DNA of 64,000 nt from the human T2T-CHM13v2.0 reference genome, Homo sapiens. A model generated the notes under the pieces. The model was not told the origin of the DNA. It was given only the letters and a program-made list of their open reading frames with translations, and did not search any database. A program made the translations under genes and the position numbers. Positions 11,076 to 24,590 of this stretch are shown here, in pieces. The stretch lies in the NCBI RefSeq assembly GCF_009914755.1, contig NC_060937.1, one strand, 5' to 3'. Position 1 is the stretch's first letter, and each line of letters opens with the position of its first letter.

Positions 11076-11370
11076 TTTTTTTTTTTTTTTTGAGACAGAG
11101 TCTCACTCTGTCACCCAGGCTAGAGTGTAGTGGCGCGATCTCTGCTGACTGCAACCTCCGCCTCCTGGGTTCAAGCGATTCTCCTGCCTCAGCCTCCTAA
11201 GTAGCTGGGATTACAGGTGTGCGCCACCATGCCCGGCTAATTTTTTTATTTTTAGTAGAGACAGGGTTTCACCATGTTGGTCAGGCTGGTCTCGAGCTCC
11301 TGACCTTGTGATCCACCTGCCTCGGCCTCCCAAAGTGCTGGGAATACAGGCGTGAGCCACCACGCCTGGC
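11076..11370 (-). mobile_element. Full-length Alu (AluSg-like)
   Basis: Dimeric Alu with poly-T. TSD aatgtaggttatgttct / aatgtgagttatattct. Confidence 0.95.
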
Positions 11371-11578
11371 GAATGTGAGTTATATTCTTAAATGTTCTGT
11401 TTTTATGTTTCTCACGGGAAATAATCATTTTCACTCAAAACTATATTGTTCCGTAGTTATTGGCTTAAAGTATCCTCTTAGTGACAAGATAATTTCTTCA
11501 CTCATTAAACTGAAGTGTTCTTAGCACTTAATATCCAAACTTACAATACCTGCAAGCATGCTCTTTCAGTGATATTAG

Positions 11579-11904
<326 letters not shown>

Positions 11905-12560
11905 CCAGCCAGGCCTTTCTAATGTAGCATCAAAATACATTACATAGCATGTGGTTCATTTTAAGTCAGCCTTTTGTATTTGAACAACACCTTGTACCCT
12001 GATGAAACAAAACATATCCTAACATTACTATAAAATATCTCTAATAGGAAATATATTTCTTGACTCAGAAAAAACCTGCGACACCTTTCCTAAAACTGTT
12101 CTTAGTGGCTGGTTGTATCCAAGTTCAGTTTCACTAAGATTCACCATGGCAGTTCACCAAGGCCTCTATGAATAAATGCAGAGGAAAAATCATCACAAAA
12201 GTTTCCTAGAGTCTAAGTTGGCCAGAGGAGAGATAACTCAACACAAGTATGATTTAGACAAAGTATGTTTGGCATGCTCATTATATCTCTGTACCCTTTC
12301 ACCTTACAGAATCTGCATCTATCCTCTATGAGCTCCTGTCTTCCTCATGTTCTTTGTATGGATGAAGTAGACATGAAAAGTCACTAGTATTTCTGTTTCA
12401 TTTGAATATCTTCCCAAGAAAAATTGAAGGGAACTTCTGGCTAATAAGGATGAATTATTAGTCCATTTAACTATCCTTCTTTTCAAGTCTGACCTGAATA
12501 TAAAAATGCAAATAAAACTGGAGGGGGAAGAGGCCTGGCATTGTCAAAAGAAGCAGAGTT

Positions 12561-12593
12561 AAAAAACAAACAAACAAACAAACAAACAAAAAC
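12561..12593. repeat. (AAAC)n microsatellite
   Basis: Seen directly. Confidence 0.9.
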
Positions 12594-13199
12594 AGAAGCA
12601 GAGGGAAACAGAGAAATCCATGCAGGAGAACTTTCGAAAAATTTGTTCTAGATATTGTGTAGCTACTACTGGGTTAGGGAAAAAGCTAATGAACCAATAA
12701 TTCCCTGTAATTAAAAACAGCTTGCTTGATAGGAGATACCCATTCCAAAATATCCTTACTAGTCCAGTTCTAACTCTAAGGAACAAGGATCAACAGCAAG
12801 GGTATAGAATTTATCATGATCTATGTAAGTGTTCCTGGTAGCACTTCTACCTAGCCTAAATTTGATCCAACTATACATATAAGGCAAAGAGCTAGAAACA
12901 AAGATAATGAATTATACCATAGAAATGTAGGAATATTGTCTTAGTTTATTGTCAGCTCTTATAACAAAAATTATGAATATAGGATAAAACTTTCTGAGAT
13001 AATTAAACCAATTTATTTTTCTGCGAGTTAACCTAATTACTATTTTAAGACTTCATTTAGGCTGGATTAATTTCTCCTCTTTGAGTAAACTCAATCAGTT
13101 TGGAGTGAGACTTGCGCTCTTTCTGTTATCTTCCTCTGGTTAAAGATAAGGGGCAAGAGTTTACATTAAGGCATTGAGAAAGGAGATAGTGTCTTGACC

Positions 13200-13353
13200 A
13201 GTGCCTCTGAAACAATAGAGTGTATTTAAATCACCCCAGATTATTACAGAGCAAATTCTGATTAAATGGATTGGAATGGAACTTGAGAGTTCTCATTTCT
13301 TAGAAGTGAAGAAGCCACTGATGCAGGTGGGCAAGACCTTACTTTGAGTAGCA
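13200..13353. mobile_element. MER5A-like hAT-Charlie relic
   Basis: aaatcacc...attctgattaaatggattggaatgg...ctgatgcaggtgg...actttgagtagcaa. Confidence 0.65.
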
Positions 13354-14788
13354 AAAGACTCAAGTCTCTATCATATATCCAACTATGACTCCAGGAGTTG
13401 TTCTATTAAATATTGCATTTTACTTACAGATATGGCAATCTGCCTCATTGAAAATAAAAATATTCTCTGTTTTCCCTCTAGGTCTCTATTTCTAGGGAGT
13501 CTCGGTATGGTAACCATATATCTTGGTTTTATTAGAATAGTATATGCCAGTTGAGCCACCTTAATTACTAATAGTGCCCTCATCATACTTGAAAGCACCT
13601 GAGTTGGGCTGGTATATCATATTGCTATCTTAGACCTAGGCCTTTTTATGCTACAGAGTCCCCTCATCACAAATTTGTAATTGCTATAGAATAATTGTTT
13701 CTTTCCTCAGTGCAATTCTGTGTCTTCTTCATTTTCTCCAGGAAATTTAGTTACTTGGCGAAGCCACCGTGATGCTGGGTAAATTCCCTCTCAGCTTTTC
13801 TGAGAGAAAAGGAGGAACAGCCTAATGTATTTTGGGGTTCTCAAATGGTTATTGGAAACTATCACACTGCTTAAGAACTAAACCTGTCATTAAATTAGTG
13901 AGCGAGGAGAAGAGCTACTTGGCAAAAGTCCTTCTAAATATTTCTTTATTTTCTAATATATATTGTATATCTCTGACATTATTTAGTCTGTCAAGGACAG
14001 GATATGGGTGATAGGAGGATAAAATGTCTGATCAATTACACTTTCAAAATATACTTTTATCTAGAATTTGTTTTTGAATTCTAAAGGGCTATAATTCATT
14101 GTCTATTTATTTGGTCCCTGAAAACTCCCTTCTCGGGGCAGCTTCACATCATGAAACTAAATGAGATGGGAGAGCAGAAATCTAAACACAATCTGTTGTA
14201 AACATATAAATGGGACTTAAACTCCAAAACACAAGACTGATTTAATAATGTCACTACTTACATCTCTGTATTTTACCAGTTTCCCAAAAGTTATGAAATT
14301 TTTAAATAGAAAAAATCTGTTACAATCAAAATTTAATAGCATCTATATGATGTAGAAATTTTGAATAAAAAAACCCACATGAATGATTTAAATCTAATTA
14401 AATATTGTTACAAAGGAAAATTACATTTCCTTTTGTGAAAATAAATACAGTAAAAGCAACAGATATGCAGCAATACAACCAATTTTTTAAAATGAGATTC
14501 TCAAAAATCAGACTTTTTAAGAACCTAAACAGTTGCACCAACAAACAATATATTTACATTAATATTTAAGTTTCAATGATCTCATATAAAATTAGACAGT
14601 CATAAACCATATAGTATATGAATGCAGGATAGAGTACATAAAATGAAAAATATCAATACTAAGTTAAAAATCAGAATTGAGTTATTGATTTAGATGTTTC
14701 AAAATCAAAATCAAAAAAGGGAAAATGAAAACGTTCCATGAAACTTAAAGATATGCACAAAAAAAGAAAACAAAAAATGTGTAAGTGA

Positions 14789-15570
14789 TCACACTGCTGA
14801 TGGGAATGTAAACTAGTACAACTACTATGGAAAACAGTGTGGAGATTCCTTAAAGAACTAAAGGTAGAACTGCCATTTGATCCAGCAATTCCACTACTGA
14901 ATATCTACCCAGAGGAAAAGAAGTCATTATACGAAAAAGATACTTGCTCACAGATGTTTATAGCAGCACAATTCACAATTGCAAAAATGTGAAACCAACC
15001 GAAATTCCCATCAATCAATGAATGGATAAAGAAACTGTGAGACATAAATAGATAGATAAATAGATAGATACACACACAATGGAATACTATGTACTATTGC
15101 ATGTGTGTGTATACATATATACACACAATGGAATATATATATACACACAATATACTATATATATATATATATATATATATACATACACACACAATGGAAT
15201 ACTACTCAGCCATAAAAATGAATGAATTAATGGCATTTGCAGCAACCTGGATGTGATTGGAGAGTATTATTCTAAGTGAAGTAACTCAAGAATGGAAAAC
15301 CAAACATCATATGTTCTCACTCATAAGTGGGAGCTAAGCTATGAGGATGAAGAGGCATAAGAATGACACAATGGACTCTGGGGACTCAGAAGGAAAGGGT
15401 GGGAAGGGAGTGAGGGATAAAAGACTACAAATTGGGCTCAGTGTATACTGCTCAAGAGATGGGTGCACCAAAATCTCACAAATCACCACTAAAGAACTTA
15501 CTCATGTAAGCTAATACCACCTGTTCCCCCCAAAACCTATGAAATTTAAAAATTTAAAAATTTAAAAAAT
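14789..15570 (+). mobile_element. L1PB1 3' end (5'-truncated)
   Basis: Diagnostic 3'UTR gggataaaagactacaaattggg...gggtgcaccaaaatctcacaaatcaccactaaagaactta; internal TA-rich expansion at 15040-15200. Confidence 0.9.
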
Positions 15571-15619
15571 TAAATTTAAGTTCTGAAAAAATATATATAT
15601 GCATGAGATTAGTATTCTT

Positions 15620-17060
15620 TTGAAAAACAATCAAAATTAGAAAGCAGAAGAAAAGAAAATAAACAATGATCCAAGATATATTGAAAAAAAAAGTCTAGCA
15701 TTCTTGAGCTGAAGAATTTTGAGTTGGCACAATTGTAAAAGCTTACCAAGTACTGCAGAAAAAAATAGCAACATGACTAAACATATTTTGTCAAAAATTT
15801 TGAATTTTAAAGATGAGGGAAAAATTCTGTTTTGCCAGGTAGGAAAAAAATACCTATATATGCTGAAAATATTTTGTTCTGCAAAATCAGCTTTAAAAAT
15901 TTAAGTAGGCAGGGCACAGTGGCTCACGCCTATAATCCCAGCACTTTGGGAGGCCAAGGCGGGTTGATCACGAGGTCAGAAGTTCGAGACCAGCCTGGCC
16001 AAAATGGTGAAACCTCGTCTCTACTAAAAATGCAAAAATTAGCCGAGCATGGTGGCAGGCGCCTCTAATCCCAGCTACTCAGGAGGCTGAGACAGGATAA
16101 TTGCTTGAGAGAAGAAGACAGAGGTTGCAGTGAGCCGAGATTGTACCACTGCAACTCCAGCCTGGGCAACAAGAGAGAAACTCCATCTCAAAAAAAGAAA
16201 AAAAAATTAAGTAAAGAAAAAATGGAGAACCACCTATGAAGCTTGGAGAGGAAATGATTATACGCTGTTATTTCCATACTGAAACAATTATTTATGAGAC
16301 ACAGCAAGAATTATTACCATAAATATACCACAAATACAAGTATTACAAGATGAACTACCTCTAGAAAAGGAGACATTGTACTTCCAATTGCCATATTTCT
16401 TTACTGGAAAAATCCAAGGAAATAAATAGAGAATTTGGAAACACAAAAGCAATATTAATAATAAGTAAATATAAAATTTTTATGGTAATAAAACATTTGA
16501 ACAAATGAAAAAAGATGTGACTTATATCACATCTGCAACACAGAGGTTTTTGTTGTGGTTGTTTTGTTTTCTAAATTAACTGAGAATTTAATTAAAATTT
16601 CTAAACCGAGAGTTTTTGTAAATATTCAGAAACAGATTTAAGCTTTGTATAGAAAAATAAGTGAATGAGACTGTCAGCATTTAAAAAATAAATAATAAAA
16701 TGTATATTAGAAATATGTTAAATAAAATAGCATAACATTGATGCAAGAATTTATAGACAGCTCAATAGACTAGAATACAAAGACAAGGCTAAACTTTTCA
16801 ATAATTTTGTTTTCATAAAAGTGACATTCAAATCCAAGGTTATTGAAATAAAGATTCAATAAATGGTCTAAAGAAAAACATTGTTGAATTTTCTTTTAAA
16901 AGTTGATTTATCTTAAAGTAATTCATACCTTAATATTGAATTATTTAAAGACATAAAAGTAAAAGTTATATCTTGAGAAAGATGAGGAAAATGACTATTG
17001 CTGTTGGGAAGAATTTTTATTTCAAAGCATAAAACAGAGGAAATGATGATGGAACGATTT
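15620..17060 (+). mobile_element. Very old L1M/HAL1-like fragments, interrupted by an Alu
   Basis: A-rich degenerate ORF1-like (15690-15900) and ORF2-like (16560-17060) sequence. Confidence 0.45.
15908..16206 (+). mobile_element. Full-length Alu (AluSg-like)
   Basis: Dimeric Alu with A-tail. TSD aaaatttaagta / aaaaattaagta. Confidence 0.95.
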
Positions 17061-17149
17061 TTTTCACGTAGGCAGGAATCATTTTTATCCTTCAAACACT
17101 GTTGAACAAAATGTTAAGTGTGCCCTGAAAACAGAGGAGAAACTACAAC

Positions 17150-17573
17150 ATGTCAACTTTTAATTAGGTGGTTTAGCTTCTAAAATAAACACAGAAACAT
17201 TGTGGCTTAGTACCAAATTTATTCCATTCTCTGCTCAAAGTAGGTGTGTGGGTGGTGTCTGCTCAAAGTAGGTGTGTGTGGGGTGCCTCCATTGAATGCA
17301 GATATTCATGAACCCATTATCCTTCAACCTTGTGGTTTCATAAGCCTTCTTTTGCCTCAGTTTTTAGCCTACAGGTATAGATAACAATTGGATAGAAAAT
17401 TTTCTTAACAACCTCTTCAAATTAATTGACATTGTTTTCCGTCACAATTCATATTTGGAAAACAGCTTCATGTTCCAAATAGCTTCAAGAGAGGTGGAAA
17501 ATACCTATAGTAGCTTTTGCAGGAACAGGAGAGCTTGCATATTGATAACACCAGCACTAGTGGTTTCTAGCAC
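17150..17573 (-). mobile_element. Old MLT1 (J/K/L-like) LTR with a 28-bp tandem duplication
   Basis: gtggcttag...cattatccttcaaccttgtgg...agcttcaagagaggtggaaaat...ctagcaca; tctgctcaaagtaggtgtgtg occurs at 17230 and 17258. Confidence 0.6.
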
Positions 17574-17604
17574 ATAATATTTAGATTGTGTTGATGCATT
17601 TTAT

Positions 17605-17830
17605 AGGCAGTGAGTTTAGTAGACTTTTCTGAGAGGCAGCTATCTAAGTGTAAAGTATGTCTATAAACTAGCTATGTAACCTTGGGCATGGGGTTTAACC
17701 TGTCTTAGTTTCCAGTTTGCTCATCTACAAAATGAGGAAAATCATAATATCAAATTCAGTGACTTGTTTTGAAGGAATAGTAAAATATACATGGAAAATT
17801 TCAGCATAATGTTCATTATATGTACACTAT
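17605..17830 (+). mobile_element. MIR
   Basis: ctagctatgtaaccttgggca...cagtttgctcatctacaaaatgagga. Confidence 0.8.
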
Positions 17831-19293
17831 TATATTATTAGATTAATATCATGAGACTTCCTATCAGCATAAAAATAAAAATAACTAACAGAGCCTTAAA
17901 AAATATATAGACCTCTGAGCAACTGAGAGATATCAATGATCAATTTGTAAATAAAACATTTAAGTGCAATTGGAATAAAAATAAAAATGCCACTTTTATT
18001 TTTCTCATCCAAATTATAGGGATTGTCATTAACAAATATTATTTTTTTCAACTTTTTTGGGGTATTGGCAAATAAAAAATGTATTTAAGATGTACAACTT
18101 TATGTTAGATACATGTATGCATTATGAAATGATCTCCATCATTAAGCTGGTTAATATATCCATCACCTCACAAAGTTACCATTGTTTTTGGTGTGTGATG
18201 AGAACAGTTAAGATCTACTCACTTATCAAAATTCCAGTATACAATACAACATTATTAGCTGTAGTCATCATCCTGTACATTAGATCTCCAGAATTTATTC
18301 ATCTTGAATAACAGAAATTTGTACCTTTGACTAACATGTCCCCGGTTCCCCCAATCATTATCTGCTGGCAATCACCATTCTACTGTGTGCTTTTATGAGT
18401 TCAACTATTTTAGATTCCACACATAATTGCAGTCATGCGGTATTTGCTTTTCTGTGTCTGGATTATTTGGTTTTGACTAATGTCCTCCAGTTTCATCTAT
18501 TCAGTCACAAATGGCAGGATTTTCTTTTATTAAACTCTGATTAACATTCCATTGAATATGCATATAGACCACACTTTATTTGTCTACTCATCCATTGATG
18601 GACATTTACCTGTTTCCATGTCTTAGATATTTAGACTAATGCTGTAATAAACATGAGGGTGCACAAATATCTCAGAGATGATGAATTATTTTATTTTGTA
18701 TATTCATCCGGAAGTGTGGTTGCTGGATCATATGGTAGTTCTATTTTAAAATTTTTTAGGAAACTTCATATTATTTTTTATAATGGCTGTATCGATTTTC
18801 TTTCCTACCAAGAGTGTGAAAGGGTTCCCTCTTCTCCCCATTCTCACCCACCAACACTTACTTTGCCTTTTAATAATAGCCATTTTAAAAGGTGTGAGGC
18901 GATATCTCATTGTAGTTTAGATTTACATTTCCCTGATGATTAGTGATGTTGAGCACTTCTTCAAAAACCTGTTGACGATTGTGTGTCTTCTTTTAAGAAA
19001 TATCTATCCAGATCCTTAGATCAATTTTTAATCAGGTTATTGCTTTATTTGCTATTGAATTCTTTGTGTTACTTATATATTTGGGATATTAACCCCTATC
19101 AGATATATAGTTTACAAACATTTTCTCCCATTCCATGAGTTGCCTTTTTACTCTGTTGATTGTTTTATTTGCTTTGTAAAAAGTTTTTATTTGAATCAAT
19201 CCCCCTTGTCTATTTTTGCTTTTGTTGCCTGTACTTTTGGCCTCATATTCAAAAATAAATACCGAGACTAATGTCAAGATGCATTTTCCTATG

Positions 19294-19593
19294 TTTTCTT
19301 TCTTTTGTTTTCTCTGAGGCAGAGTCACACTGTGTTTCCCAGGCTAGAGGACAATGGGGAGATCTTGGCTTATTGCAGCCTTGACCTTCATGGTTCAAAT
19401 GATCCTCCTGCCTCAGCCTCCTAGTTGGGACTACAGGTGTGCACCACCATGTGTGGCTAATTTTTTGTATTTTTGGTAGAGACGGGGTTTCACCCGTTTC
19501 CCAGGCTGGTCTCAATCTCCTGGGCTCAAGTGATCCATCAGCCTTCCCCCCTTGAAGTGCTGGGATTACAGGCATGAGCCACCATGCCCAGCC
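19294..19593 (-). mobile_element. AluJ (Jb-like)
   Basis: Dimeric, with the J-type ctcctgggctcaagtgatcc. Confidence 0.9.
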
Positions 19594-19873
19594 CTCTTTT
19601 AGCAGTTTTATGAATTAAGGTCTTACACTTAAGTCTTTAATTCACCTTGAATTGATTTTCTTATATGGTGTGAGATAAGGGTCCAGTTTCATTATTTTGC
19701 ATGTGAATATCCAGTTTTCCCAGGACCTTTTATTTAAGAGACTATCCTTTTCCCTTTGTGTGTTTAGCACCCTTTACAAGAGATAGTTGACTATAAATAT
19801 ATGGATTTATTTCTGGACTCTGTTATGTTCCATTGACCTAGATGTCCATTTTTTGCCAGTATTTTACTGTTTT

Positions 19874-20332
19874 TGTAGCAGGACAAGCCGCAGACAAAAC
19901 CCCTTAGACACTGAGTTAAAGAAGGAAGGGCTTTATTTGGCCGGGAGCTTCGGCAAGACTCATGTCTCCAACAAGCGAGCTCCCGAGTGAGCAATTCTTG
20001 TCCCTTTTAAGGGCTTACAATTCTAAGGGGGTCCGTGTGAGAGAGTCATGATTGATTGAGCAAGCAGGGGGTATGTGACCGGGGGCTGCACGCACCAGTA
20101 ATCAGAATGGAACAGAACAGGACAGAGATTTTCACAGTGCTTTTCCATGCAATGTCTGGAATATATGGATAACATAACCGGTTAGGTCAGGGGTCGATCT
20201 TTAACCAGGCCCAGGGCGTGGCGCCGGGCTGTCTGCCTGTGGATTTCATTTTTGCCTTTTAGTTTTTACTTCTTCTTTCTTTGGAAGCAGAAATTGGGCA
20301 TAAGACAATATGAGGGGTGGTCTCCTCCCTTA
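19874..20332 (-). mobile_element. Solo LTR2 (HERV-E/Harlequin family)
   Basis: The reverse complement begins TAAGGGAGGAGACCACCCCTCATATTGTCTTATGCCCAATTTCTGC and ends TTGTCTGCGGCTTGTCCTGCTACA. Imperfect 4-bp TSD tttt/ttct; L1 is continuous on both sides. Confidence 0.92.
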
Positions 20333-23057
20333 TTCTGATTATTGTAGTTTTGTATTGTATTTTGAAATAAGGATGTGTGGTGTCTCCAGCTTTGTTTTGT
20401 TCAAGGTTACTTCGGGTATTTGGGGTCTTGTTTTTTTAGATGTTTTTCTATTTCTGGAAATAATGTTATTGGAATTCTGATCGGAATTGCATTAAATCTG
20501 TAGATCAGTATGCATACTAAAACATTTTTAAAGTATTAATTCTCTTCTAAACCATTTACAGAGGATGTCTTTCCATTTATGTGAGTCTTCTTTAGTTTCC
20601 TTCAACAATGTATTATAATTTTCAGTGTATAAATATTTCACCTCTTTGGTTAAGCTGATTTCTAAGTATTTTGTTATTTTTGTTGCTATTGTCCGTGGTA
20701 TATTTTGATAGCTCATTGTTTGTGTATAGAAACATAGCTAAATTTTGTATGTTTAATTTGTATGCTGCAACTTAACTGGATTTTTTTATTAGTTCTAACA
20801 TTAATTGTTGTTGACTATTTAGGATTTTCCTACATATATACTCATGTCATCTGAGAGAGATAATTTTAATTCTTCCTTTCCAATTTGGGTGCCTTTTATG
20901 TATTTTTTTTCTGTCTTTCTCTGGCTAAGACTTACAGTACTATCTGCAATAGAAGTGGTGAGAATGTATATTCTTGCCTTGTACAAGATTGCAGAAGAAA
21001 AGCTCTCAATTTTTCCCAAAGTTGTTTATGATTTTAACACTGGGCTTTTCATATATGGTCTTTATTGCATTGAAATAAGTTCCTTCTATACCTATTTTGT
21101 TGAGAGTTTGGTGAATATACATAGAATTTTGTCAAATGCCTTTTATAAATCTACTAAGATAATAATGTCATTTTTATGTTTCATTATGTTAATGTGGCCC
21201 ATTAGATTGACTGATTTGTGTATGCGGAACCTTTCTGCATCCTAGAAATAAATCCCACTTGGTCATGGTGTATAATCCCTTTAATGTGCTGTTGCATTTG
21301 GTTTGCTAGCATTATGTTGTGGATATTTGTATGAATGTTAGTTATTCATAATGGTCTGCTTTCCTTTCTTGTGGAGTCTTTCTCTAGCTTTGGGATGGGT
21401 ACTAATGACCTCACAAAATGAGTTTGAATGTGTTCCCTTTGCTGTTTTGGGGGAGTGTTTAAGAAGAATTAGTATCAATTATTCTTTGAATGTTAGATAG
21501 AATTTACCCATCTAGCCATTGAGTCTTGAAGTTTTCTTTATTTGGAGATTTTTGCTTAATCATTTCATCGTCTCTTATTTGCTTTGTTCAGGCCTTCAAT
21601 TTATTCTTCATTCAGTTTTAGTATATTGTACGTTTCTAGAAATTTATCCATCCATTCTATTTTGTCAACTTTTTTGAGATATAATTGTTCCTAATAGGTC
21701 CTTCTGGTCCTTATTATATCTGAGACATCTGTTGTAACGTATTGTCTTTCATTTCTGTTTTTATTTCCTTTTGTCTTCTTTCTTTATTAAAGAATTTGTC
21801 TTTTTTTTTAAAAAAAACAGTAATTTTGCTCATTTTTCTGTTGTCCTATTATTTATTTATTTCTGCTGTAATCTTTAGTATTTCTCTTCTGCTGACTTGG
21901 TCCTAGTTTCTTCTTTTTCTAGTTCCTTGATGTATAGAGTTTGATTATTTATTTGATATATTTATTCATTTTAATGTGGGTGGTTATTGCTGTAAACTTC
22001 CTTCCTAGAATCACTTTTGCTGTGCCTCATATATTTCGGTAAGTTTTGTTTTAATTTTCACTTTGTCTAGGGATTTTTTTAAATTTCTGTATATATGGAT
22101 TTTATAATAGAAGTCTTTTGTGAATACTCACTGTTGGTTAAAGTCTACAAAAATTCCCTCACGTAGTTATTGTATGTAATAATTTAAGCCAATGCTCTTG
22201 GCCAGACACCATAATAAATAGTAAATTCCCATTCACAGAGAAGAGCAAGGTAAACACAAGCTCTACTCTCTTATCCTTATGCTCTAATTAGAGAAACAAA
22301 AAATTGTATAAATTAAAAGAGAATATTCAAAACAAATAAAAAACTAGATGAAGCAATGGCCAATTATATTGATAAGGAAGCAAGGTTCCACTAGGGGGTC
22401 ACAGAAAATATTTGCCATCATAGGATTATTTACGTTTATATCTCCAAAAGTAAAGAAAAGAATAGGCAAAAGTCTAGAAGACTACTCCAGGTAAAGGAAG
22501 TGAGTAGCCAGGGCAAGACATTGGTGCTTTAGATGGACTAGCGTGTTCTAGAAACATATAAAGAATGTTGTAACTGGAGCTGAGTGAGGAAGGGCAAGTA
22601 TTCAGAGATGAAGTTGGAGAGAGAAGCTGGACCTGGATCACCAGGCCATGTTAAGGAGTTTAGATTGTATTCAAAATCTAATGGAAAGCTATTACAAGAT
22701 TTAAAGGGTGTGACCAACATGACGTAAATTACATTTAAAAAAATCACTCCACAGTAAAGAATGTATTGGAAAGTCACTGGAGAAAGCAGTTAAAAGTCCA
22801 TGGCAACAGTCCAAGAATTAATTGTGACTTGGACAAGAGTGGTATCAGCAGAGATGGAGAGAAGGAGAATGAATCAGTATATTGCAGAGTCAGAAAGGAC
22901 AAGGTTTTCTGCTGAATTGGTTGTGAGTGGTCAGAGGGTGGAGGAAACCATGACTGTTATTCTTGACTTTGGTATCTGGGTAGATTTTATTGCTCTTTAC
23001 TAAGAATATACTGGTGAACCACTCTGAAGTAAAAATCAAGAACATTATTTTAGAGAT

Positions 23058-23883
23058 TGTTTTACCTAGCTTAGACGACCATAACACAAAATATCATAGA
23101 CTGGGTGGCTTAAACAACAGAAAATTATTTCTAACCATTCTGGAGACTGAGATGTCTAAGATCAAACCACAATGTAGGTTTTATCATCAGGCCTCTTCTC
23201 TTGGCTTTTTCACGACAATCCTCTGGGTGGCATTGAACCAACCCAGTTCTCCTCCACTTTCTAATTTGTTGTTCTAAAGAATAACTATAGAATACGCTTG
23301 GAACTTAATTTCCTGATATAGGAAAGAGAATGGCCGGAACAGCACATTTGCCCAGCATTTTCTGTGACACCTGATGTATAAACCCCAGGGCATGCTACTC
23401 CCTAGACTCCCTCAGCTATGGTGCACGTAGGACATGTGCAGGCAAGACTTTATCCACCCCAGGAAGCTTGCTGAGTCTTGAGGAACTAGCTCAAAATGAA
23501 TTCTCATTTTCCTTTGCTGCCTATCTGTAAATAATAAACCACTTCATGTAACATGTTTTGTGCATGAATCTTTTGTCCCACTGGACTGAAAGAAGTTGGC
23601 AGTCACTACACTGTAAACCAGCTTCACAGCTCATATGTGACTACCATCTCTCTGTGAGCACACATGAACTCTTCTTCATATATATAGTATGAGTGACGGA
23701 GAGAGAGAGAACACACTCTCTGGTCTTTTCTTGTAAGAGCATTAATCTCATTATGAAAGTACTAGCCTCATGTCCTCGTATAATTCTAATTACCTCCCAA
23801 AAGCCCCACATCCGAATGCTGTTATACTGGGAGGTAGGGCTTCAACATATGAAGTTTAGAAAGTAAACATTCAGTTCATAACA
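23058..23883 (-). mobile_element. MLT1A-like MaLR LTR, split by an ERVL LTR
   Basis: ccataacacaaaatatcatagactgggtggcttaaacaacaga ... ctaattacctcccaaaagcccca...gggcttcaacatatgaa...cattcagttcataaca. Confidence 0.85.
23209..23628 (+). mobile_element. ERVL-class solo LTR (LTR32/LTR42-like)
   Basis: caatcctctgggtggc...aagaataactatagaat...TATAAA...ccctcagct...ctatctgtaaatAATAAAcc...gcttcaca; the exact subfamily is uncertain. Confidence 0.7.
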
Positions 23884-24286
23884 GACATATTAAATTTGAA
23901 ACAGCTCAAAGACATCAAAGTAGTTGAATCAAGCAAAGCTTATAGATGAATTCGGAATTAACAGAATGGCTCTGGAAGTGCTTTTAGTAATCATGAGCAT
24001 ATATCTATACCATATACATGGGGATGGGAAGAGGTATAGTGAGAGCCCTGAGGCATTTTGATAGTTAGACATCAAGTAGGGTGGAGAGGAGTTAGAAAAT
24101 AGATGAACAAATAATCACCTTTATTGTCTGAGAAAAGTACACTCATAAAATATCATTAAAACTGGAAGACCATGTTTCAACAGTTAATTGCTTGCAATGC
24201 TCTAAGAATTCAAATTTAGATAAGAGGGGAAAATGTCTGTTGTATTAGGCAACAAAAGGTCATTTTTGACCTTAAGAAACAATGAT

Positions 24287-24590
24287 GGCCAGGCGTGGTG
24301 GCTCATGCCTGTAATCCCAGCACTTTGGGAGGTCAAGGCGGGCAGATCACCTGAGGTCAGGAGTTCAAGACAAGCCTGGCCAACATGATGAAACCCCATT
24401 TCTACTAAAAATACAAAATTTGCTGGGTGTGGTGGTGCACTCCTGTAATTCCAACAACTCAGGAGGCTGATGCAGGAGAATTGCTTGAACCTTGGAAGTG
24501 GAGGTTGTAGTGAGCCAAGATCGCGCCACTGTACTACTGCCTGGGCGACAAGAGTGAAACTCTGTCTCATTAAATAAATAAACAAACAAA
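24287..24590 (+). mobile_element. Full-length Alu (AluSq-like) with (TAAA)/(CAAA) tail
   Basis: Diagnostic gacaagagtgaaact; TSD aaacaatgat. Confidence 0.95.

Larger units (their letters stand above)
18040..22075 (-). mobile_element. L1MA8/L1MA9-like LINE-1 (3'UTR plus about 3 kb of decayed ORF2), host to an AluJ and an LTR2
   Basis: 3'UTR atatccatcacctcacaaagttacc...tgtacattagatctccaga; ORF2 remnants KYLEISLTKEVKYLY.ENY.TLLKE and QIGKEELKLSLSDDM. Confidence 0.9.
22160..24286 (-). mobile_element. L2 (L2a-like), interrupted by an MLT1A/ERVL LTR nest
   Basis: ggccatgttaaggagtttagattgtattc...gtgacttggacaagagtggt...; it resumes after 23885 (acatattaaatttgaaa...gagagccctgaggca). Confidence 0.75.
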
